Positions 1 through 9,100 of a stretch of 46,325 nucleotides of DNA are shown in pieces. The stretch lies in IMG/VR virus record IMGVR_UViG_3300045988_046749. One strand, written 5' to 3'. The stretch's first letter is position 1. Every line of letters starts with the position of its first letter. Under the pieces are notes generated by a model. It did not search any database, was not told the DNA's origin, and saw only the letters and a program-made list of their open reading frames with translations. Made by a program: the position numbers and the translations under genes. This DNA comes from a virus.

Positions 1-55
1 GAACGGTAACTGATGGTGATTATCGGAATGGATTCTATCAGTACATGAACGAGAA
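1..55. repeat. Terminal overlap identical to 46271..46325
   Basis: Exact 55/55 nt identity between window start and window end. The frame of CDS 45943.. continues through it. Confidence 0.97.
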
Positions 56-134
56 CAAGGATAATGTGTTCAAGATTACCAGTGTAGGCGGTCCATATAC
101 ACTAATTCCACATTTTGAGATTTTAGGTAAGTGA
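1..134 (+). CDS. 3' part of a head-tail joining (head-closure-like) protein that starts at 45943 and crosses the circular junction
   Basis: Codons from nt 3 (T V T D G D Y R N G F Y Q Y M N E N K D N V F K I T S V G G P Y T L I P H F E I L G K) end at TGA 132-134. Joined to 45943..46270 this gives 462 nt, a 153-aa intact ORF. Confidence 0.75.
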   Translation, partial: TVTDGDYRNGFYQYMNENKDNVFKITSVGGPYTLIPHFEILGK

Positions 135-135
135 T

Positions 136-627
136 ATGAGTAAAATTCATCATTTTAAAGGATTCTCCGTAGTCGATGGAGATATGAAAATCAAGCTGAA
201 TATGGACAGGTTCTCCAGACAGTATCAAGAAGCTCAGTACCTCCTTGACGGAATGGTTATGGACAGTATGGTTTCATTTATGCCGATGATTACAGGGGAC
301 TTCATTAACCGAACAAGAATTGAGAGCACATCCTTGCAAGGAACTGGGAAAGTATGTGCTGCGGCAGCTCCTTATGGGCGTTTTCTGTATGAGGGAAAAG
401 GAATGGTTGACGAAGTAACCGGAAGTCCCTACGCAAGACGTGGAGCAAAGAAAGTTCTCGTTAGTCAGTTTTCTGGTCGGACAGCCGCAAAAGAAAATCT
501 TGAATACACCAAACAGGCTCACCCACAGGCACAGGCAAAGTGGTTCGATGCTGCTAAACGACAATACGGTGACACATGGATTCGCAAAGTAAAAGCACAG
601 GCAGGAGGTGGCAGACATGGCAGATAA
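136..627 (+). CDS. Head-tail joining / tail-completion protein (minor-capsid-protein-like)
   Basis: 163-aa ORF starting 1 nt after the previous stop. It sits between the connector genes and the major tail gene. Confidence 0.6.
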   Translation: MSKIHHFKGFSVVDGDMKIKLNMDRFSRQYQEAQYLLDGMVMDSMVSFMPMITGDFINRTRIESTSLQGTGKVCAAAAPYGRFLYEGKGMVDEVTGSPYARRGAKKVLVSQFSGRTAAKENLEYTKQAHPQAQAKWFDAAKRQYGDTWIRKVKAQAGGGRHGR

Positions 628-1117
628 GCCTATCGGAAAAGATGCAACCGGATACGAGATTCTGACAGATGCCATGAAAGCACTTCTGAACCAGTATCCG
701 GGACTGTATAAAAATGAAACAATCAAATTTGAGGAACTTGGCAAGGAATCAGGAATTGCTTTCTCAGCAGATAACGGGGCGCTGATCTATTCGGAAAAAG
801 AAGATGTTTGCGGTGTGATGCATCAGGTATGCCAGTATCCATTTTATGTAGTATATCGCACGGAATCCGACAAGGAAAGGCAGAAGTTATCTGTTCAGAA
901 GTTCCTTGACAATCTCGGTAAATGGATATGCCGAGAACCAGTTATCATAAATGGCTCTGAGACACGTTTGAATGCGTTTCCAGAGCTTTCACAGGGGCGA
1001 GTTATAAAACGTATCACGCGCGATAACTCCTATGGTTTAGAGCCTCAGGAGAGTGGCGTACAGGATTGGCTATTGCCATTATCAGTACGCTACGAAAACA
1101 CTTATGAAGTAATATAA
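617..1117 (+). CDS. Head-tail joining / tail-terminator-like protein
   Basis: ATG at 617 lies 6 nt after AGGAGGTG, so it is preferred over the track start at 608. The gene is directly upstream of the major tail protein. Confidence 0.55.
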   Translation: MADKPIGKDATGYEILTDAMKALLNQYPGLYKNETIKFEELGKESGIAFSADNGALIYSEKEDVCGVMHQVCQYPFYVVYRTESDKERQKLSVQKFLDNLGKWICREPVIINGSETRLNAFPELSQGRVIKRITRDNSYGLEPQESGVQDWLLPLSVRYENTYEVI

Positions 1118-1198
1118 AAAGTAACAACCGGCTATCAATTGGAGATAGTCGCTAACCTACACAGCCTTTTAAAAGTTATAGGCAGAAAGGACATTTCT

Positions 1199-1699
1199 AT
1201 GGCAGTTACAGGCAAAATTGACCGTAAATATATGGCTCATTATATCGATGCAGGTTCCCTCTGTGGAGGACTGACACCGAAGTATGAGCGTCTTGGAAAG
1301 GATCTGGAAGAATACAATGTAGACCTCAATCCAGATACTGAAACTTCTAAAAACATTCTCGGAGAATCCACGTTTAAACATAATGGCTACGAAGCTTCTT
1401 CTGACGCTGATCCGTTCTATGCAGACACTACTTCTGATCTGTTTACAGCATTGCAGAAGATTGTAGATGGACGTCTCAAAGACGACAACCTCAAAACAAA
1501 AGCAGTTGAAGTTCATCTCTGGACAGAAGCCACGGCAGGCAAGTATGAAGCATACCAGCAGGACTGCTACGTTGTACCGACCTCCTACGGCGGTGATACA
1601 TCCGGCTATCAGATTCCGTTTACTGTGAACTACGTTGGTGAGCGTGTAAAAGGAAAATTTGATATCAGTTCCGGTACATTCACAGCCGACAGTGAATAA
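1199..1699 (+). CDS. Major tail (tube) protein
   Basis: ~166 aa from ATG 1199. It lies directly before the chaperone pair and tape measure. The N-terminal pattern (YIDAG...YERLGKDLEEYNVDLNPDTE) is typical of siphovirus tube proteins. Confidence 0.65.
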   Translation: MAVTGKIDRKYMAHYIDAGSLCGGLTPKYERLGKDLEEYNVDLNPDTETSKNILGESTFKHNGYEASSDADPFYADTTSDLFTALQKIVDGRLKDDNLKTKAVEVHLWTEATAGKYEAYQQDCYVVPTSYGGDTSGYQIPFTVNYVGERVKGKFDISSGTFTADSE

Positions 1700-1725
1700 A
1701 CACATATACAAGGAGGACATGCTAA

Positions 1726-2151
1726 ATGGCAAAAATAATTAACACCAAAATTGATGATGGAATTCTCATTTTTACATTCACAAATAACAAAGACGAAGTT
1801 TTTTCCTCTTTCAAACTGAACCCGACGGATATCAATGTAGCAGCACGCGCAGAGGAACTGACAGAATATTTTGAACAATTCAAAGATTCTATTCAGAAAG
1901 TTACTTCCGGAAAAGAAATGGCAGAGTTAAATAAACAGCTCGAAGATAAGATCAACTATCTGCTTGGCTACGAAGCATCAAAAGACCTGTTTAAAGAACC
2001 AATTACCGCAACAACTGTATTCGGTAATGGCCAGGTATTTGCTTATATCGTTCTGGACAAGATCGCAGAAGCAATCGCACCGGAAATTGAAAAGAGAAAA
2101 AAGAAAATGCAGGCAGCAGTTAACAAGTATACGGAGAAATATGAAAAATGA
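1726..2151 (+). CDS. Tail assembly chaperone
   Basis: 141-aa acidic ORF between tube and tape-measure genes, with SD AAGGAGGA upstream. Confidence 0.6.
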   Translation: MAKIINTKIDDGILIFTFTNNKDEVFSSFKLNPTDINVAARAEELTEYFEQFKDSIQKVTSGKEMAELNKQLEDKINYLLGYEASKDLFKEPITATTVFGNGQVFAYIVLDKIAEAIAPEIEKRKKKMQAAVNKYTEKYEK

Positions 2152-2720
2152 CCGCCTATGAGCTTCCCACCTCACTGAACATAAGTGGGGTGGATTTTTC
2201 TATCAGAACGGATTTTCGAGCAATCATTGATATTCTCATTGCGCAGAATGATCCAGAGTTAGACGAACAGGCAAAAGCAGTTGTTATGTTGCAGATTCTG
2301 TTCGAGGATTGGCAAAGCATACCCTCAGAACATCTTGTAGAAGCTTGTCGGAAAGCTTGCGAGTTTATTGACTGTGGTCAAGTTGACGATAGTCCGAATA
2401 AACCCAAACCTCGCTTGATGGACTGGAAACAAGACGGAGATATGATCGTTCCGGCTGTAAACAAGGTTGCTGGTAAAGAAATCAGAGCCGTTCCATACAT
2501 GCACTGGTGGACGTTCTTTGGATACTTTATGGAATCCGGTGAATGCCTTTTTAATACAGTGGTTGGGATCCGTTCTAAAAAGGCGAAGGGCGAAAAGCTC
2601 GATAAATGGGAAAAGAAATTCTATCAAGAGAACAAGAACATTATTGATATAAAAACACGTCTCAGCGATGAGGAGCAAGCTTATAAAGATAAGCTGAATG
2701 AGATGTTGAACCTCAAATAG
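2148..2720 (+). CDS. Tail assembly protein, Gp15-like
   Basis: ATGA overlap with the previous gene. The N-terminus (ISGVDFSIRTDFRAIIDIL) resembles the phage Gp15 family found upstream of tape-measure genes. Confidence 0.55.
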   Translation: MTAYELPTSLNISGVDFSIRTDFRAIIDILIAQNDPELDEQAKAVVMLQILFEDWQSIPSEHLVEACRKACEFIDCGQVDDSPNKPKPRLMDWKQDGDMIVPAVNKVAGKEIRAVPYMHWWTFFGYFMESGECLFNTVVGIRSKKAKGEKLDKWEKKFYQENKNIIDIKTRLSDEEQAYKDKLNEMLNLK

Positions 2721-2735
2721 TTAGGAGGTGGACAC

Positions 2736-5717
2736 ATGGCTGCTGATGGCTCAATTATTATTGATACCAAGCTTGATACATCTGGAATTGATAATGGAGT
2801 ATCAAGGATTAAACAGTCATTTAACAGCCTTGGTAGTGCTGTAAAAAAAATCGGTCTACTGATTGGTGGGGCTTTTGCAGTTGGTAAGTTAGTACAGTTT
2901 GGAAAAGAGTGCGTTGCCCTTGGTTCCGACCTCGCAGAAGTTCAGAATGTGGTCGATGTTACATTTACCACCATGTCGGATAAGGTCAATGAATTTGCAA
3001 AGAATGCAATGGTCTCAGCCGGACTGTCAGAGACAATGGCAAAAAGGTATGTTGGTACGTTCGGAGCAATGTCTAAGTCATTCGGATTCTCAGAGGCACA
3101 GGCTTATGATATGTCAACGGCTCTGACACAGCTTACTGGTGACGTAGCATCATTTTACAATATCAGTCAAGACTTGGCTTATATCAAGCTAAAATCAGTG
3201 TTTACGGGCGAAACAGAAACGCTCAAAGACCTCGGCGTGGTAATGACCCAGTCGGCACTTGACCAATACGCACTTGCAAACGGCTATGGCAAAACCACAT
3301 CTGCCATGACCGAACAGGAGAAAGTTGCTCTCCGATTGGCTTTTGTGCAGAAACAGTTATCAGCCGCATCTGGAGACTTCATTCGTACTTCTGACAGCTG
3401 GGCGAACCAGGTGCGAGTGATGCAGTTGCAGTTGCAGTCTCTCAAGGCAACAGTCGGACAGGGATTAATTAATATTTTCACACCTGTTCTGAAAATAATC
3501 AATATTTTACTTGGTAAACTGGCAACTCTGGCGAATGCTTTCAAAAGCTTCACAGAGCTTATCACTGGAAAGAAATCTTCTGGTCAGATAAGTGGAAGTG
3601 GAGCAGGTCTTGCAGGAACAGACGTGATTGCAGATACAGCAGATCAGTATGGACAGGCTGCGGATAATGCAGAGAAATTGGCAGATGCCAATAAAGATAA
3701 TGCAACAGCTACGAAAAAAGCAAATAAAGAAACAAAAAATTATCTTTCTTCATTGGACGAAATACACAAAGCCACATCTACAGGTAGCAACTCATCGTCC
3801 ACGCTATCTCCATCTGGCGGAAGTGGTGGAGCGTCTGGAGGATTATCTGGAGCAGTAAACAATGTGGATTATGGCAGTTTAGCAGAGGGAGAGACAAAAC
3901 TTGATAAAATCAGCGATTCTGCTAAGAAGCTTGCAGATACGCTAAAAAAACTTTGGGAGCCATTTCAAGAAGCTTGGAAAAAAGAGGGAAAAGCCACTAT
4001 AACGGCGGCGAAGACGGCATTTTCGAGTTTGGGAAGTTTAATTGCAAGTATTGGAAGCAGTTTCGCCACAGTATGGACGAATGGAAGCGGTGAAAAGTCA
4101 TTAACTACGACTTTAAAGATTGTGCAGAATCTATTCAATACTATTGGAAATTTGGCACAGGCATTTAAAACTGCGTGGGAATATGCTGGAACTGGGACAA
4201 GTATTATTCAAAATATATTTGATATTGGAAATAGCATTCTAGGAACTATTGAAAGAATAACAGGTGCGACAGCAGATTGGGCTAAAACCCTTGATTTTAC
4301 ACCACTATTAACATCAATCAATACGCTCCTACAAAATTTACAGCCACTAACAGATAACATAGGAACCGGGCTTGAATGGTTCTGGAATAACGTTCTTTTG
4401 CCAATTGGATCCTGGACAATCCAAGATGCAGTGCCGACATTTCTACAAATGCTATCAAGTGGGATTACTGTTGTAAATTCAGTTATTGAAGCTCTTCAAC
4501 CTTTGGGTGGCTGGCTATGGGACAATTTTTTGCAGCCATTAGGCCAGTGGACGGGTGATCTCGTCATTACTGCCATGCAGACTTTATCTGATTTACTGGA
4601 TAGGTTTAGCACATGGATCCAGAACAATCAAGAACTTGTTCAGAACGTTACAATTGTGATTGGTAGTTTTTTCGCAGCGTTTGAACTTCACAGCATTATT
4701 AGCGGTGCAGTGACAGCGGTAACGAATTTTGTTGGACTGATTACTGGAGGCGGTGGATTGCTAGGGGCACTAAGTTCTGTTGTTGCTGCCCTAGGTGGTC
4801 CTGTAACAATTGCAATTGGTGCGGTAATTGCCGCTGGAGTGCTTCTGTGGCGAAATTGGGACAGTGTAAAAGAAGCTGCCAGTAAATTAAAAAAATGGGT
4901 TGTTGACAAAACAGTAGCACTGAAAAATGAGGCAGTGGAAGCATTCGAAAAGCTAAAAACAAATGCTGGAAATGCTCTTAAAGCGCTTCGCGATGACGTA
5001 AAACAAAAATGGGAAACGATTAAGTCTAAATTTTCATCTTTTTCGACTTGGTTGAGTGGTGTCTTTAATACGGATTGGACGGAGCAATTCGGTATATTTG
5101 GCGGCGTTTTAAACGGATTTTTCAAATCTGCAAAGGATGTGATTAAAGATGTTAAAGAAATATTTAAAGGGTTAAATACATTTGTCAGCGGCGTTTTTTC
5201 GGGGGACTGGTCTAAAGCCTGGGAAGGTATAAAAACTATTTTTTCAAACGTATTTAGTGGGTTGGCAGACATTGCAAAAACTCCAATTAATGCAATAATA
5301 GGAGGATTTAATAGTGTTCTGGGAGTTGTAAATGGACTAATTAGCAAACTCAACAACCTTAAATTTAGAATAACAGTGCCAAACTGGATTCCCGGAATCG
5401 GAGGCTCCTGGTGGGGCTTTAACGGCTTTAGCATTCCAACAATAGGGACGATTCCAATGCTTGCAAGTGGTGCGGTTATCCCACCTAGATCAGAGTTTCT
5501 TGCAGTCCTTGGAGACCAGAAAAATGGTCGCAACTTGGAAGCACCAGAAGACCTGTTAAGACAGATCGTAAGAGAGGAAACCGGCGGAAATCAGGGTGGT
5601 GGTGGAAATTACAGATTTACAGCGCAGTTGAACCGCAGAACGATATTTGATGAGATGATTGACGAAGCAAAGTTAAGGCGTGATGCAAGCGGTACGAATC
5701 CGTTTGAGCTGGCATAG
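2736..5717 (+). CDS. Tail tape measure protein
   Basis: 993 aa in the expected position. Contains a TP901-type core region (GFSEAQAYDMSTALTQLTGDVASFYN...SDSWANQVRVMQLQLQ) and Gly/Ala-rich hydrophobic stretches. Confidence 0.92.
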   Translation: MAADGSIIIDTKLDTSGIDNGVSRIKQSFNSLGSAVKKIGLLIGGAFAVGKLVQFGKECVALGSDLAEVQNVVDVTFTTMSDKVNEFAKNAMVSAGLSETMAKRYVGTFGAMSKSFGFSEAQAYDMSTALTQLTGDVASFYNISQDLAYIKLKSVFTGETETLKDLGVVMTQSALDQYALANGYGKTTSAMTEQEKVALRLAFVQKQLSAASGDFIRTSDSWANQVRVMQLQLQSLKATVGQGLINIFTPVLKIINILLGKLATLANAFKSFTELITGKKSSGQISGSGAGLAGTDVIADTADQYGQAADNAEKLADANKDNATATKKANKETKNYLSSLDEIHKATSTGSNSSSTLSPSGGSGGASGGLSGAVNNVDYGSLAEGETKLDKISDSAKKLADTLKKLWEPFQEAWKKEGKATITAAKTAFSSLGSLIASIGSSFATVWTNGSGEKSLTTTLKIVQNLFNTIGNLAQAFKTAWEYAGTGTSIIQNIFDIGNSILGTIERITGATADWAKTLDFTPLLTSINTLLQNLQPLTDNIGTGLEWFWNNVLLPIGSWTIQDAVPTFLQMLSSGITVVNSVIEALQPLGGWLWDNFLQPLGQWTGDLVITAMQTLSDLLDRFSTWIQNNQELVQNVTIVIGSFFAAFELHSIISGAVTAVTNFVGLITGGGGLLGALSSVVAALGGPVTIAIGAVIAAGVLLWRNWDSVKEAASKLKKWVVDKTVALKNEAVEAFEKLKTNAGNALKALRDDVKQKWETIKSKFSSFSTWLSGVFNTDWTEQFGIFGGVLNGFFKSAKDVIKDVKEIFKGLNTFVSGVFSGDWSKAWEGIKTIFSNVFSGLADIAKTPINAIIGGFNSVLGVVNGLISKLNNLKFRITVPNWIPGIGGSWWGFNGFSIPTIGTIPMLASGAVIPPRSEFLAVLGDQKNGRNLEAPEDLLRQIVREETGGNQGGGGNYRFTAQLNRRTIFDEMIDEAKLRRDASGTNPFELA

Positions 5718-5729
5718 GGGGGTGAGAAC

Positions 5730-6125
5730 ATGGCATTTTCGATAAGCAAATCAATAACTGATAGATACAAGATAAATGGGCTTCTCATCCCTCAGCCAGA
5801 TGAGGACATGCAGTGTAATTTTGAGACCACCTATTCAGAAGGAAGTAACCGAACTCAAAAAGGAGTTGCGCTAATAACTCCACTTTTTACAGTTATGCAA
5901 TATAGCTATAAAGCCACCAATGTGCCAGTTGATGAGAAATCAACTAATCTGGTAAATGCAATTATTAAAGGAAAGCCATTCATTTTACATCACTGGTTAG
6001 CACACAAAAATGAATGGCGTTCAGAAAAGTTTTACGTGGGAAAAATGAATTACAACATAAAACAAGTTGGGGAATACTATTCCGAAATATCATTTAATAT
6101 GCAGGGGGTGAATCCACTTGATTAA
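5730..6125 (+). CDS. Putative distal tail protein (short, Dit-like by position)
   Basis: 131-aa ORF between the tape measure and the large tail fibre gene, with SD GGGGGGTGA. The call rests on position only. Confidence 0.4.
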   Translation: MAFSISKSITDRYKINGLLIPQPDEDMQCNFETTYSEGSNRTQKGVALITPLFTVMQYSYKATNVPVDEKSTNLVNAIIKGKPFILHHWLAHKNEWRSEKFYVGKMNYNIKQVGEYYSEISFNMQGVNPLD

Positions 6126-9100
6126 TGTATCAAACACTTTTAAAGAAAAGTTGCAAGATGGTGAGCAAGTAATTGAAATCGTGGAGATCGCCTTTTCTGA
6201 CGGAACGAAAAAGACACTTGAAAACGAGATTATGATCGGCAACAATGAATTTTCTGATTGTGCGGAGAGCAGCAGCTTCCCGGTCGGCGCTACAGTTTGC
6301 AAAACAATGAAGCTTGAACTGGACAATACAGAGGATCAGTGGAAAGATTATAATTTCTATCAAGCTAAAGTACATGCCTATTTGAAGCTCCAGACTTCCG
6401 TAGCAGAACCAGCCAGTGAATCAATTTGGATGGATGATTTTTACGAGCCAATTCTTGATACTGATGGAAACAGCATAGTTCTGTCCAGAGCCGCGTCGGA
6501 AGACCGATACGAGACGATTGATAAGGGCGTCTATACAATTACCACGCCAGAGCAATACGGTGAAATATTGAGCTTTACGGCGCTTGATGATATGTACAAG
6601 ACAAATGCTAAATATTATAGCGCTTTGACGCTTCCACAGCCGATTATGGCGCTGGTAAGAGACGCTTGCGAGAGTTTGAATATCCCTATGGGGGTTTCAT
6701 CTATGGCGCATGGAAATGTAGTTGTCACAGCGCTCCCTGACAATATGACATTCCGTCAGCTGATCGGATGGGCGGCAATGTTGGAGACAGCAAACGCCAG
6801 AATTGACAATAGAGGGTATTTGCAATTTATAAAATGGAATTTTGGAGCTGTTGAAAACGGCTCCTTAGTTCCAATTAAATTAGAGGATTATGTGAATAGT
6901 CCAACTCTTTCCAGTGGTGATATTGTAATTACTGGAATCAGAGTAAAAAACAAAGAATCAGAATCCCTGTTTGGAACTGCTGGATATGTGCTGGAGTTAG
7001 AAAACAATCTTCTGTCTGACAGTGACCTTGGAACTGTAGCGGCATGGATTGGCGGTAATATGATCGGGGCCAGATTCCGAAATCTGCAAGGGGATCTGAT
7101 TTATAATCCTCTGTTAGAGTTTGGCGACATGGCATATAGCTTTGATCGGAACGGAAATAAATATCTTACACCGATTACTGATGTATCATCTCCGTTAAAT
7201 GGCATTACCACTGTAAAAACACAGGCAGATGATCCTATTCGGAACAGCAGTGCATATATGTCAGCAGCTACAAAAGCACTGGTAGAAGCAAGACAACTTG
7301 TTAAGGACGAGCGCACAGAGCGCGAAAAAGCCGTTGAAAGGCTTAATAATACACTGAAAACTTCTGGTGGTTTATACATGACTGTAGAGCCACAGGATGA
7401 TGGTAGCAATATCTATTATGCACATAATAAGCCTACACTGGAAGAATCTGATATTGTATGGAAGTTTACGGCAGAAGCAATCGGCATTTCCATGGATGGA
7501 GGAAAGACATATCCTTATGGATTAAATATTAATGGAGAGCTTATTGCAAGGCTTCTGTATGCAGAGGGAATCAATGCAAGTTATATTAATGCCGGTGCGT
7601 TAGTTGTTCGTGACGCAAATGGGAAGGTTATCTTCTCAGCCGATATTGATAATAACCAGATTGTTATTGACGGCGCATCTGTGCGAATCGGTGCATCGCC
7701 TTTGGATGGACTGTTAAGCAGCATGCAGGGGCAGATTGATGGGAATATAAACACCTGGACAGGAACCTCAGCGCCTACATTGAGCAATTATCCAGCTAAC
7801 GAATGGCTGGACGACACCGAAATGAGCAAGCATGTCGGAGATATTTACTATGATGGTAATAGCCATGCTTACCGATTTGTAAATGAGGGCAATGGGTATT
7901 ATTGGAAACAGTTGAAAGATACGGACGTTACAAAGGCACTGAAAGACTCTGAAGACGCATTAGCAGCGGCTAAACAGGCGCAGGAAGCGGCAGCTCTTGC
8001 CAAGAACATGACATTGCAGCTAAGCAATGAATACCAGGGCGTTTCTGTTGACTCTGATGGAAATTACGAAACGTTTCCGAGCAATGTGACTACACAAGCC
8101 GTCGTAATGTACGGAACGCAGGATATTACATCTGATTGTAAATTTACAATTATCAAATCAGATAGCGTAACAGGATCCTGGGACAATTCAACTAAGACAT
8201 ATACGGTAACAGCATTATCTGCTGACGATGGATGGGTAGATATTAAGGCAACGTATATCAGTGTTTTATCAGTAGTTAAAAGATTTTCGCTGGCTAAAAT
8301 TTACGCTGGCAAAAATGGTATAAACGGTGTTGACGGGCTCCAGGGACCGAAAGGAGATCAAGGCATACCGGGGCCACAAGGAGAAAAGGGGGAAGCCGGT
8401 CCGCAAGGCCCAAAAGGGGAACAAGGAATTGCCGGAACTCCCGGAGCAGACGGAAAGACCCCATATCTGCATATTAAATATGCTCCTGTCAAAAATCCAA
8501 CATCTTCGCAGCTTACTGAAACCCCAGATGTGTATATTGGTACATATACGGATTTTGAAATAAATGATAGTACGGATCCAAAAAAGTACACATGGGCGCA
8601 GTTTAAAGGAGATCAAGGTGTACAGGGACTGAAAGGCGAAGATGGAAAACCATCTTATACATGGATAAAATACGCCTCTATGCCAAACAGCGAAGATATG
8701 TCGGATAACCCCGATAGTGTTCCATGGATTGATACAGATGGGAATACAATATGTGATACGGCAGGAAATCCAATCTATCTGGAGCCGGAATATGTTGCGT
8801 ATATCGGAATTGCAAACAACAAAGATACGCCAATAGAAAGTGACAATCCAAAAGATTATACATGGACTCGATACAAAGGCGCTGATGGGGAAAACGGTTC
8901 TGATGGCAAGGATGGCATAAACGGAAAAGACGGAAAAACAAGTTATACACACATTGCTTACGCAAACAGTGCTGATGGAAAAACAGATTTCTCTGTGTCG
9001 GACAGTAATCGAAAATATATAGGCATGTATGTGGATTTTTCCGAACAGGACAGCACAAACCCAGATAGTTACGCATGGTCTCTGATCAAAGGTGCTGATG

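Noticed and set aside
4688-5533. 281-aa minus-strand ORF inside the tape measure gene
   Set aside because: It is a shadow ORF of a long, compositionally biased + strand gene, with a Pro/Ser/Leu-rich low-complexity translation and no ribosome-binding site. The + strand gene is unambiguous.
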